NCBI GenBank assembly: GCA_051003195.1
Contig: JBPCLP010000011.1
Coordinates: 64,001-128,000 of the forward strand
Length of the DNA stretch: 64,000 nucleotides
Origin: Candidatus Sumerlaeaceae bacterium
GTDB taxonomy: Bacteria > Sumerlaeota > Sumerlaeia > Sumerlaeales > Sumerlaeaceae
Direction of reading: 5' to 3'
In this document: one piece after another, positions 8,853 through 17,928 of the stretch
Numbering within the stretch: the stretch's first letter is position 1
Layout of the letters: every line of letters starts with the position of its first letter
Notes under the pieces: model-generated
The model's database searches: none
Told to the model about the DNA's origin: nothing
What the model saw: only the letters and a program-made list of their open reading frames with translations
Made by a program: the position numbers and the translations under genes

Positions 8853-10742
8853 TCAATCGGCGATTGCGCTCGCCGTTTTTTGTACAGGCTCCGGCACTGC
8901 TGTTTTGCGCAGCACTTCGATTTCGACGATGCAAATGTCATCGGCCAGCGGCGTCGTCCCGATGAAGCGGTTCACCTCAAGCAGGATTTCACCAGGCAGG
9001 GTCGAATTTTCATTGTCTGCGAACTGCTCAACCACCTCCAGCAGTCGCTCCATCCCGAACTGCTCGAACTCGTCGTTGTGTGCTTCAAAGACTCCATCGG
9101 TGAACAGCACGATGCGGTCGCCCGGGCTCAGCGCGCGCTCGACATTCAAGTAAGTGGCTTCGCGAATGATTCCCAGCGCCATGCCTGTGAGCTCGATTGA
9201 CACCAGCTCGCGCACGGTGCCACTGGAAGCCTGTGCAAATAGAGGCGCCGGGTGCCCAGCCGATGCGCAAATTGCCTGCGACTCCGCCGTGTCGATGACC
9301 AGGTAACACGCCGTCGCGAAGATAAGCTGGCTGCCGCGCTCCACGATGTCCATATATTGCCGATTGAGAACTTCCAGCAGTTGCGCGGGATCGTGGATCT
9401 GCTGCGCAAGGCTCTGCAGCACGGTACGTAGAATGGCGGTCACCAGCGCCGAGCGCGCGCCATGCCCCATCACATCCGCGATGAAAATACCTGCGCGATT
9501 CTCGCCAAGTTTTACGACATGGAAGAAATCGCCCCCGAGCGACAGCGTGGGCTGGTACAGGTGACGGAACTGCAGGGCGATTTCCGAGGGAGCATTGAAA
9601 TCCGGAACGGGCGGATATTCCTGGGGCAGAAGGGCCTCCTGGAATTTACGCGCGAACTCGAGGTCGTCGCGAATAATCGCGTTCTGCACGGCGAGTTTCT
9701 CTTCGGCCTTCTTTCGTGCGGTGATGTCGCGCACAAACGCATTCAGCCGCCGCTCGCCATCGGCGGTAACTGGCCACACGGTAACTTCACAAGGAAACTC
9801 CAGTCCCTGCCGGTTCAGAAGCATCATCTCGACCTGGCGATTCAAGATCTGCGCTTCGCCAGTCACGCGGAACTGCTCCAGGCCTGCCTGCATCTTTGCA
9901 CGCGAGTCCGCGGGAACGACCGCTTCAATCGATTGGCCCGTGATCTCGTCGCGCAGCCATCCCAGGATGTGTTCAGCTTGTCGATTCCATCCAGTCACGA
10001 TTCCGTGATCATCAGTCGCGATAAAGGCGTCGTTTGCGGTCTCGAGGATGAGGCTCGTCCGCTCCTCGCTGTTGCGTAAGGCGCGGCGTTGCGCAATGCG
10101 CTGTTCGACATCGCGGCTTCCGGCCAGCAGCATCAGGCCGCAGCCGGTCACCACGAAACAACCGGCGGTGTTCAGTGCCATTGGGATGGCAGAAGTGCCA
10201 TAAATTAGCGGCTTTCCATAAACATAGCCGAGCAAAAAACAAAGGCCGATGAAAGCGGCGACGGTGCCCAGCCATCCGCCCACAGTGTTCGCGGGACCAA
10301 CTCGCGGCGCGGCAAGCAGGAACAGGGAAGTCGCGGTGATAACAAGCGTGAGCGCGGTGAAAAAAGCCATGCGGCCAACAGGAGCAAGGCCGAGGTACTC
10401 GCCCGGAGCATGGAATACCAGATCATCGACTCCGAAGCCGATACCGGTCACGTATTCGGTCAGGCGCAGCGCGGCGATTGTCCCAACCAGCACTGCAACC
10501 CCGACGGTCGCGAAGCGGGCTGCGCGGTGCGCCGAAAGAACGAGTAAGAGCCCGAATCCAACCGCAATAAACGCAACAGCTGTGTTCGGCGCCATCGGTA
10601 TGAAGCGTGCATTCAGTCCGCTCAGCGTGCGAATGCCCGTGAGCCAGCCTGCGACGGCCAGCAATCCAAGAGCAACCGTGCACCATCCCGCGGCGCGAAC
10701 GGCGCCCCGCATCGCCCGCACCGCGGTGGTCGTGGAATTCAT
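8853..10742 (-). CDS. Membrane sensor PAS + PP2C/SpoIIE (RsbU-like) phosphatase
   Basis: Multiple TM helices; PAS (NRQAEHILGW..DITARK); LGGDFF, ADVMGHG, SAGHP, FTDGVFE, DDI motifs. Confidence 0.9.
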   Translation of the reverse strand: MNSTTTAVRAMRGAVRAAGWCTVALGLLAVAGWLTGIRTLSGLNARFIPMAPNTAVAFIAVGFGLLLVLSAHRAARFATVGVAVLVGTIAALRLTEYVTGIGFGVDDLVFHAPGEYLGLAPVGRMAFFTALTLVITATSLFLLAAPRVGPANTVGGWLGTVAAFIGLCFLLGYVYGKPLIYGTSAIPMALNTAGCFVVTGCGLMLLAGSRDVEQRIAQRRALRNSEERTSLILETANDAFIATDDHGIVTGWNRQAEHILGWLRDEITGQSIEAVVPADSRAKMQAGLEQFRVTGEAQILNRQVEMMLLNRQGLEFPCEVTVWPVTADGERRLNAFVRDITARKKAEEKLAVQNAIIRDDLEFARKFQEALLPQEYPPVPDFNAPSEIALQFRHLYQPTLSLGGDFFHVVKLGENRAGIFIADVMGHGARSALVTAILRTVLQSLAQQIHDPAQLLEVLNRQYMDIVERGSQLIFATACYLVIDTAESQAICASAGHPAPLFAQASSGTVRELVSIELTGMALGIIREATYLNVERALSPGDRIVLFTDGVFEAHNDEFEQFGMERLLEVVEQFADNENSTLPGEILLEVNRFIGTTPLADDICIVEIEVLRKTAVPEPVQKTASAIAD

Positions 10743-10760
10743 GGGTCTGGTTTCGCGAAA

Positions 10761-10775
10761 GCGTGGATCGTGCCA
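10761..10775 (-). promoter_or_regulatory. Candidate sigma-54 promoter TGGCACGATCCACGC
   Basis: GG-N10-GC spacing with perfect -24 half, 19 bp upstream of the phosphatase ATG. Confidence 0.4.
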
Positions 10776-10848
10776 CAATGCGCTTGATGAACGGGACATT
10801 GAAAAAATGGTACCGCATCGGACACATTGCTCACCATTGAATCACAAG

Positions 10849-10895
10849 AGTGGAGCGGCGCATCCTGCGCCGGTAGAGCGGGCTTCCAGCCTGCT
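10849..10895. repeat. REP-like palindromes (GTGGAGCGGCGCATCCTGCGCCG; GTAGAGCGGGCTTCCAGCCTGC)
   Basis: GTRG-led short hairpins in intergenic DNA. Confidence 0.45.
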
Positions 10896-11010
10896 GCTGG
10901 CACCGGCGACTTAGCAACCACCGACACCCCCGACATCACCTTCCAAACCCAGCATGGCCCCATCCAGCCCACCGCCTTGCGACATCAGTTCTCCGCCGAT
11001 CGTTGGACCC

Positions 11011-11170
11011 CTTTTTATTGACAATCGAGAATCTGAATCGCAATCGTTTGCTGCATGATGAATCCGGAGTGTTTTATCCGTCAAAGCTACGGCCTCTGTT
11101 CAGGATTGGGCATATACTTAAGTCGCTGCTCCGTCAAAGGCAAATGGAGAAGCTGATTCATGAACGTCAC
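11011..11170 (+). pseudogene. Collapsed duplicate of the 11287-12005 cassette (promoter + gene tail + intergenic + pilin start)
   Basis: 11011-11077 matches 11287-11356; 11085-11170 matches about 11919-12003. Confidence 0.8.
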
Positions 11171-11293
11171 AAAACTATTGAGCGCATCCGGACCATAGTG
11201 GCGGTCCTGTTCTGCCGATTCGTAGTATTCAAATTTGCAATGCGAGGTTTCGTCATTCTGCACCGACATACAGCGGCTCATTTAATCTTTTTA

Positions 11294-11327
11294 TTGACAA
11301 TCGAGAATTTAAATCGCAATCGTTTGC
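11294..11327 (+). promoter_or_regulatory. TTGACA box plus LacI-type operator GCAATCGTTTGC
   Basis: Near-palindrome with central CG; same arrangement at 11018-11051 and a similar one at 12694-12723. Confidence 0.55.
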
Positions 11328-11355
11328 TGTATTATGATGAAATCGGGAGGGTTTT

Positions 11356-11955
11356 ATGAAAATTTCTTTTTTGGTTAGTTTCTTCGTCATAGCTGCCGCT
11401 GTGTCAAACGCAGTTCCCCGTACAGGGCAATTTGCTGCAAAGGTGACGAACAACACCCCTGCCGGGGGCTTTCAGCCAGATACTGGTTTTGATCGTGAGA
11501 CCTCACGTATCGTGGTACTGGACGGCAACTCGCTCACGTTTACTGCCTATTTAAAGAATGGTCGAACCGATCCAAGTAACTTGTTTGCGATTCGTTTTGC
11601 GCAATTCAGTAGTACTAACACCTTTTTAGGGGATGTCGAAATTCATGCAGGTGCCGCAATCCCTGCAACCTATACAGCCTTTACGCACACCTTTACGCCG
11701 GCAGCCGGAACCGCAAGGCTGAACCTGTCATTTCGCCTGGGCACTGGCGGCTCCTCGGCGATAATAGATGATATTTCGGTTCTCGATACCACTGCCGGCA
11801 ACGTCGAAAGACTTAGCAACGGGGGATTAGAAACTTGGCCAGATCCGGCCCCGGCGGCTCCAACTGACTGGCGGTTCTTTTCCGTCGGCTCAGCCTCGGG
11901 AACGCTGGAGAAGGTCGTAGCTACGGCCTCTGCTCAGGATTGGGCATTGTACTAA
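11356..11955 (+). CDS. Secreted CBM-like protein with C-terminal ASAQDWALY tail
   Basis: GGGAGG RBS, signal peptide, IDDISV and LSNGGLE motifs. Confidence 0.8.
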   Translation: MKISFLVSFFVIAAAVSNAVPRTGQFAAKVTNNTPAGGFQPDTGFDRETSRIVVLDGNSLTFTAYLKNGRTDPSNLFAIRFAQFSSTNTFLGDVEIHAGAAIPATYTAFTHTFTPAAGTARLNLSFRLGTGGSSAIIDDISVLDTTAGNVERLSNGGLETWPDPAPAAPTDWRFFSVGSASGTLEKVVATASAQDWALY

Positions 11956-11992
11956 GTCGTTGCTCCGTCAAAGGCAAATGGAGAGCTGATTC

Positions 11993-12628
11993 ATGAACGT
12001 CGCAATTGAGCCGAAGCACCAGATCCGCTCCAGTGCCGGTGCGGGATTTACTTTAATCGAACTGCTGATCGTGGTCGCCATCATCGCCATTCTCGCGGCG
12101 ATTGCCGTTCCGAATTTTCTGGAGGCTCAAACGCGCGCAAAAGTCTCGCGCGTAAAAGCAGATATGCGGTCCGTTGCCACTGCGCTACAGGCCTACGCAG
12201 TGGATGCAAACCGCTACCCCCCGGATTACATTGGTCCCCCAACGTCGCCCATTGCCTCATTTCGTCTCAAGTACATCTATTATCTGACTAGCCCAGTTGC
12301 ATACATGACCTCGGTGAACTTTCGCGACCCTTTTATGCAAACCAATTCGGACTCTGAGGAAAATAGTTTTGGTTTCTACAACTTTGATTTCCGGTGGGGC
12401 TCCGACGCCGGCATTTCGGTTACCGAGCGGGCTCGAACGATTATGCTCAAGAGCTTTGGGCCCGATCGAAAAGACGATGGATCTGAATGGATTATCCTGG
12501 GGATCAACGACGCCCGAGCGGGGATTATCAACATCAGCCGTATCTACGACCCCACAAATGGCACTGTCAGCCCGGGCGACGTCAGCCGGTTTACCGGCGA
12601 AACCAAAGGCCTGCCCGAGCAGATCTAG
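11993..12628 (+). CDS. Prepilin-type N-methylation domain protein (GspG-like pilin)
   Basis: G|FTLIELLIVVAIIAILAAIAVPNFLEAQTRAKVSR; C-terminal YDPTNGTVSPGD. Confidence 0.92.
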   Translation: MNVAIEPKHQIRSSAGAGFTLIELLIVVAIIAILAAIAVPNFLEAQTRAKVSRVKADMRSVATALQAYAVDANRYPPDYIGPPTSPIASFRLKYIYYLTSPVAYMTSVNFRDPFMQTNSDSEENSFGFYNFDFRWGSDAGISVTERARTIMLKSFGPDRKDDGSEWIILGINDARAGIINISRIYDPTNGTVSPGDVSRFTGETKGLPEQI

Positions 12629-12777
12629 AAGCGTCCCCACTGCTGTTGGGTCCCTCTAACGGGTGCACCAGTCGCATACTGGCCGCATTCTAATTGACAA
12701 CTCGCAAATTCGCACACGATTGCTTTCATGGTTGCTTCGGGGATGTGTTTTCTCATTTAGCGATGGAGGTGGTATCA

Positions 12778-14349
12778 ATGTTTCGTATGCACTCCACGGC
12801 CAGTCTTCTTATATCGGTTATCATTGTTCAGGGTGTTCCGGCAGCGTTCGGTGCTGGCAATGCCGTTCAGCCAAGTATCTGCGCGCGACCATGCTGGGGC
12901 GCACGCGCACCCAGCGGAACCATCTCGCAGATGTCATCCCTTAACCGCGCAATCGTTCATCACACAGCCGGGAACGAGTTCAACACCAGCGGCTATGAAG
13001 CTTCCAAGGCAAATGTGCGCGCAATCCAAAACCTTCACATGGACACAAACGGGTGGACGGATATTGGCTATCATTATCTGGTCGATAAGTTCGGTTACAT
13101 ATTCGAAGGACGGTCTGGTGCCCAGGGCAGCCTCCCGAGAGGAGCGCACGATGGTACCAACACAAACTCCTTCGGATTTAACTGCATGGGCTACTTCCAC
13201 CCAACTGTGAACAATGTTCCAACAGCGGCCATGCTTGACTCTCTCTATAATGTAATCGCATGGAGAATGCCTGGTGGCTGGCAGCCCTATGGCTCGCCCG
13301 GCACGTACGGCCCGCTGGGCAACAGCGTAGGATATGTCGACTCCCATCGACGTGTAAAAGCCACCGCGTGTCCGGGTGACAATATCCATAATCCTTACAT
13401 TGGCAACGACGTCAACAGCGGCACCATTCGTGCGGAAATCAGGAAGCACATGGATACGAGGAATCCATCCTATTACTTCGATACAGGCATCGACGCCTTT
13501 ACGCCCGGAAATGGCAGTTCGGCCCTCGCCTGGACAAACAGTGGCTGGCCCGGTGTCGTGTATGCAGACCAGCTTGGAAACGACATGTTCTGGTACAGCC
13601 CTCTTACCAATTACCAGGGCGGTGGAGATCCCTCTATCAACGTGCAAGTATTTCCACAAAATGGGAATTCCGCCTCCCACACCATGCAGCTGTTCTGGAA
13701 GACAGCTGCCGAGGATTTTTGGGACGGTGCCAAGAGCTCGCAGCGGGTCAGCTATACGGCACAAAATGGATGGATCAGCATCAACCTGAGCATGAACAAC
13801 CCGAAGTACTGGTGGCAGACAATAAAACAGCTGCGCCTGGATTTTGACGATACTAACGTTGGCGCGCGGTTTATAGTTAACCATGCATATCTCCAGACAA
13901 CCCCACGCTACTGGTTTGGCGGCGGCACAGAGGGCTGGGTCGGCGCAAACGGCGTAGCCACGCCATGGTGGACAGACTGCTGCGGCTGGACGGGAATCAT
14001 GGTTGTTGACCAGACCGGCAACGATTCACACATCGAGAGCCCCCGCTTCACTATGCTGGGGGGGGCAAACGACGTGTTCCGGGTACGTGTATACCCGCAG
14101 AATGGAAGCTCCGCAAACCACGATATGCAGATCTTCTGGAAGAACAGCGGCGAAGAATTCTACTCGGAATCGAAATCGACGGGCGTTGTCGGTTACTCGC
14201 GGCAGAACGACTGGATCGAATTGATCTTCGATGTCGGAAACAAGGGTGGTTGGAGCGGCAACTTTGTCACCCAGATCCGCCTGGACATGGACCAGTATAA
14301 CCAGGGTGTCCGCTGGATTTTTGATTACCTGATTGTTGATCATTTCTAA
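12778..14349 (+). CDS. Secreted N-acetylmuramoyl-L-alanine amidase (PGRP/amidase_2) with two tandem C-terminal domains
   Basis: GGAGGT RBS; WGAR, IVHHTAG, GWTDIGYHYLVD, SHRRVKATACPG. Confidence 0.88.
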   Translation: MFRMHSTASLLISVIIVQGVPAAFGAGNAVQPSICARPCWGARAPSGTISQMSSLNRAIVHHTAGNEFNTSGYEASKANVRAIQNLHMDTNGWTDIGYHYLVDKFGYIFEGRSGAQGSLPRGAHDGTNTNSFGFNCMGYFHPTVNNVPTAAMLDSLYNVIAWRMPGGWQPYGSPGTYGPLGNSVGYVDSHRRVKATACPGDNIHNPYIGNDVNSGTIRAEIRKHMDTRNPSYYFDTGIDAFTPGNGSSALAWTNSGWPGVVYADQLGNDMFWYSPLTNYQGGGDPSINVQVFPQNGNSASHTMQLFWKTAAEDFWDGAKSSQRVSYTAQNGWISINLSMNNPKYWWQTIKQLRLDFDDTNVGARFIVNHAYLQTTPRYWFGGGTEGWVGANGVATPWWTDCCGWTGIMVVDQTGNDSHIESPRFTMLGGANDVFRVRVYPQNGSSANHDMQIFWKNSGEEFYSESKSTGVVGYSRQNDWIELIFDVGNKGGWSGNFVTQIRLDMDQYNQGVRWIFDYLIVDHF

Positions 14350-14514
14350 GCCGCAATTCTCGCCAGACGTTTGATCCCCGAGTACCGGGGGCGCGCCCGA
14401 CACGCTCCCGGTGTTGTTGTGCTCGGCATCTTAACAGCAGTTTAAGTCTGGATTGCCACGGAGTTAAGTTCGTTGCCAGATCGCTCCAGCTGGAAACCTT
14501 CTGCGCTGCATGCT

Positions 14515-15627
14515 TCAGCGCGATGGCTCAGGCTCAGCGGGCACTACACTCCCGGAGATCTCCCATAGATCATAAGTCCACAGCGGATTCTTTCCGCGGC
14601 ACCCCGCACCCGCACAGCCTGTTGAAAATAGAACGCGGATACGCCCGGGGGTCGGCAGAGCCCCGCGTGCCGTCCGCTCCAGACACGCGTTATGGTTTCG
14701 CGGATGCCCGGTCACCGCCGGGGAAAGTCTTCCTTCCACCTGCCAGGCTGCATCGGGTTTGAAAAGCGAGGCAGCGCGGATACTCAGGATTTCCAGGCTG
14801 TCGGATATGTGGTTTGGCTCGTCGCGCGGATACGGATGCCGCTCCCGTATAGCCAGGAACCTGTCGCGACTCGAATCGTAAGCCACATCGAAGTTGTTCC
14901 AGTAATCAGCTCTGCCGCTGGTGGTGCGCACGCCACCGGCTGGAAGGGGATGTTCCGCGCCAGGGCGTGGCTCGTCGGCATCCCGCAGATCAATCTCGCG
15001 CACATAGCCGTAGGTCCACGGAATCTCCTTCGTGTAGAACAGAAGCAGGCGTCCCTGCCCATCGTACACGGCAGACGGCTGGCCGACACCCCAACCCCCA
15101 CCCGGCGCAGAGGCAACCAACGGGTTGGGCAGGCGATGCCATGGTCCCTCCCACGTGTTGGAAAATGCCACTCCCACCTGGTTGTTGATGCTGGCATCGG
15201 CATCATTACCCAGGTAAAACAGTGCATGGGCGTATTTATCGCCGCGAAAACCGAAGCTGCCCGAGACAACCGACGGATCACACACGTGAAAACTGTCCCA
15301 CGCACTACCCGCTCCACCGGCCAGGATTGAACGTGTTGTCGCTGAACCGTCCGCGCCCGGCCGCAGTAGAATCAGCTCATCCCGGATCACGCCTGGCCGG
15401 GCGTTTTGGCAGGCGAGGACTATATCCTGCCCGTTCTCACGAATCAGCGCCGGGGCGTAACAGTAAAACTCCCCCTCCGGGTTGTACACCGGCTTCAGGG
15501 ATTCTTTATCCCATTCGACCGCTGCCTTACACGGCGACGTATTCATAGCCGCGATTGCCAAAAGCCCTACCACGAGGGCCGTGCACCGCGATCTGATACT
15601 TTGATGCCTGGCGCCGGCGCGAAACAT
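14515..15627 (-). CDS. Secreted beta-propeller glycoside hydrolase (GH43-like)
   Basis: YAPALI, WDSFHVCDPSVV, WGVGQPSAV motifs; start codon uncertain. Confidence 0.65.
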   Translation of the reverse strand: MFRAGARHQSIRSRCTALVVGLLAIAAMNTSPCKAAVEWDKESLKPVYNPEGEFYCYAPALIRENGQDIVLACQNARPGVIRDELILLRPGADGSATTRSILAGGAGSAWDSFHVCDPSVVSGSFGFRGDKYAHALFYLGNDADASINNQVGVAFSNTWEGPWHRLPNPLVASAPGGGWGVGQPSAVYDGQGRLLLFYTKEIPWTYGYVREIDLRDADEPRPGAEHPLPAGGVRTTSGRADYWNNFDVAYDSSRDRFLAIRERHPYPRDEPNHISDSLEILSIRAASLFKPDAAWQVEGRLSPAVTGHPRNHNACLERTARGALPTPGRIRVLFSTGCAGAGCRGKNPLWTYDLWEISGSVVPAEPEPSR

Positions 15628-16146
15628 ACCCCGCGGACGTGTGCGCCAGCCTCGCCAACCTGCAATGAAAACTTTCGCAGTGCCTGGCGCGGATGAAACG
15701 CACGATCTTGTGAAAAAGACCTGTGGAAAACGGTGTGCTTCTGCGGAGTTCAAGCGCACAAATTCGTCGTATTTTGTGCAGGGGTTGGTCAGCGTGCGTT
15801 TATCTACTTTGGGTTCCGCTGAATCGGGGGCAATGGGCGTCATAGGGTCTGAAACCTAATCGTTCCAACCTGAGAGCACACAGCTTCAAACGCAAGTGTT
15901 TTAGGCTGACGGAGGAAGCGGAAGCCACGGGGATTGAAGGCCGGGCAATGTGGCTGGTCGCTCCCTCACTTTGGCCCTTTCAAGCCCCCCGCCCGTTGCA
16001 CTTCGGTTGGCAATCCGCCTGATTCGTTTTGATTAGCTTTGATTAGCTTTGATTGAGGCTCGGCGCTGGTTTTTGAAGTGCGCGCCGCTTGCCGCCACTT
16101 TGGGTAGCGAAGCTTGGTTCGCTTCGAGACTTCGATCGATCGAAGG

Positions 16147-16223
16147 TGGTGCACCCGGCTGGGTTCGAACCAGCGGCCTTTAGCTCCGGAGGCTAACGCT
16201 CTATCCAGCTGAGCTACGGGTGC
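16147..16223 (-). tRNA. tRNA-Arg(CCG)
   Basis: GCACCCGTAGCTCAGCTGGATAGAGC...anticodon arm TTAGC-CTCCGGA-GCTAA...GGTTCGAACC...GGGTGCACCA. Confidence 0.97.
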
Positions 16224-16308
16224 GTGGCTGCTTGATACCGATCAGAAACCTTTTAATTTCAGAAGAACAGCGCCGGCAGCGCAGCGTTGGCCTATCTCAT
16301 CGCTGAGA

Positions 16309-16323
16309 TGGCACGCGTTATGC
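16309..16323 (+). promoter_or_regulatory. Candidate sigma-54 promoter TGGCACGCGTTATGC
   Basis: Close match to TGGCACG-N4-TTGC, 38 bp upstream of yihY. Confidence 0.65.
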
Positions 16324-16360
16324 CCTTTCCTGCCCGCAGAATTGCACACGGGAGAGACCG

Positions 16361-17590
16361 ATGAAATTCCGCCCGATGGCCGTTGTGGAAGTGGTGAAGG
16401 AAAGTTTCAAGGAGTTTGGGGAGGACAAGGCACCGCGACTGGGTGCGGCGCTTGCCTATTATACAATTTTCTCCATTGCTCCCCTGCTTATTATCACGAT
16501 CACCATTATAGGGATGGTGTTCCACCGTGAGGCGGCACAGGGGCTTTTGGACGACCAGCTGGGCCACCTGATTGGTCCCCAGGGCGCCGAGGCGATCCAG
16601 GAAATGGTGAAGGGCGCGGGGGACAAAAAGAGCACCGGTATTTTCGCATCCATCATTGGCTTTGTGGTGCTGCTGTTCGGCGCTTCGGGCGTGTTTGTTC
16701 AGCTCAAGGATGCACTCAACACGATCTGGGATGTGCCGGAGGCGCAAGTGAAGGGCGGCATCAAGGGGTTCCTCCGTACCCGCTTCCTGTCTTTTGGGCT
16801 CGTGCTTGCGGTCGGCTTTCTGCTGCTGGTCTCGCTGGTGATCAGCACCATGCTTTCGGGACTCGGAAAGTTTCTTGGTGAAATGCAGTTCCTGACGCCG
16901 GTGCTCGGCCTGCTGAATTTCGTGATCTCGTTCGCGGTGATCACCGGGCTGTTTGCGATGATTTTCAAGTTTTTGCCCGAAATTAAGATCCGGTGGAAAG
17001 ACGTGTGGATCGGCGCAGCTATGACGTCGCTGCTTTTCACGATCGGAAAGACGCTGATTGGGCTGTACCTGGGCAAGAGCAGCGTGAATTCGGCGTACGG
17101 TGCCGCCGGGTCGCTGGTCGTGCTGCTCATCTGGGTGTACTATTCCGCGCAAATCCTGTTTTTCGGCGCGGAGCTGACGCAGGTATACACGCGCCGGCAT
17201 GGCAGCATGGTTGCTACGGAGGCTGAGGAAAGCGCTGAAACGAGCGCGAAATCCGCTGACGCAGAAGACGGCAAAGATCACGTGGAGTCGCGCCGGCGCA
17301 AGCACCCGGCTGTTGTGCCTGCCAATGGAAACAATAGAGATGCGGGGCGGGACCGCGAGCGACCGGATGAGAAGACTGAGGTCAGCAAAGTGCCGCCCGC
17401 CCCGATGCCGGCCTTTGCAACGCGGCCGAGTCCTGCGGTGGCCATGGCGGCAAAGGGACTGACTTACGGAATACTGGCAATGCTGCGCGTGGACACCGCG
17501 AAAAAAGCGGTGGGATTGGCGCCGGCGCCGGACGATCCGATCAGCCTGGGTGGCTCCGGTCGAACACCCCAGCACGCGGGGTTCCGGTAA
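16361..17590 (+). CDS. YihY/virulence factor BrkB family membrane protein
   Basis: RLGAALAYYTIFSIAP, LNTIW, YGAAGSLVVLLIWVYYSAQILFFGAE. Confidence 0.92.
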   Translation: MKFRPMAVVEVVKESFKEFGEDKAPRLGAALAYYTIFSIAPLLIITITIIGMVFHREAAQGLLDDQLGHLIGPQGAEAIQEMVKGAGDKKSTGIFASIIGFVVLLFGASGVFVQLKDALNTIWDVPEAQVKGGIKGFLRTRFLSFGLVLAVGFLLLVSLVISTMLSGLGKFLGEMQFLTPVLGLLNFVISFAVITGLFAMIFKFLPEIKIRWKDVWIGAAMTSLLFTIGKTLIGLYLGKSSVNSAYGAAGSLVVLLIWVYYSAQILFFGAELTQVYTRRHGSMVATEAEESAETSAKSADAEDGKDHVESRRRKHPAVVPANGNNRDAGRDRERPDEKTEVSKVPPAPMPAFATRPSPAVAMAAKGLTYGILAMLRVDTAKKAVGLAPAPDDPISLGGSGRTPQHAGFR

Positions 17591-17627
17591 GCTGTACCGA
17601 TAGAACTTTCGCGCGTGCGGAACGAGC

Positions 17628-17861
17628 TTACTTGCGGTCGGCCATACCAGTCACGCCGGAGTGTTTCGCGCACGTGGCGCAGCAGAAAAAACGGCCTTCA
17701 GACTCCATGCCGTGGCCGATAATCTTGCAACCGCAGTGGTCGCAGACGGGCGCAAGCATGTGGATGGCGCATTCGAACGAGTCGAAAGTGTGCGTCTGTC
17801 CCTGCTTCGTCACTTGAAACGACTTATCGTAATCGTTACCACACACGTCGCACTTCGCCAT
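17628..17861 (-). CDS. Small Cys/His-rich metal-binding protein (prokaryotic metallothionein-like)
   Basis: MAKCDVCGNDYDK...FDSFECAIHMLAPVCDHCGC..GHG...FCCATCA; AGGAG RBS. Confidence 0.85.
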   Translation of the reverse strand: MAKCDVCGNDYDKSFQVTKQGQTHTFDSFECAIHMLAPVCDHCGCKIIGHGMESEGRFFCCATCAKHSGVTGMADRK

Positions 17862-17928
17862 GGCAATCGCTCCTGCACTTCGGGTTTTTATACTGGCCCT
17901 TACGCTTGCAAGATGCGAACCAAGCGTT

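Noticed and set aside
11003..11359. 118-aa ORF with internal repeat FLLTIENLNRNRLL
   Set aside because: The repeat is the translated duplicated promoter, not a protein domain
14614..14628. CAGCCTGTTGAAAA resembling the MITE end
   Set aside because: Short match inside an intact coding region; likely chance
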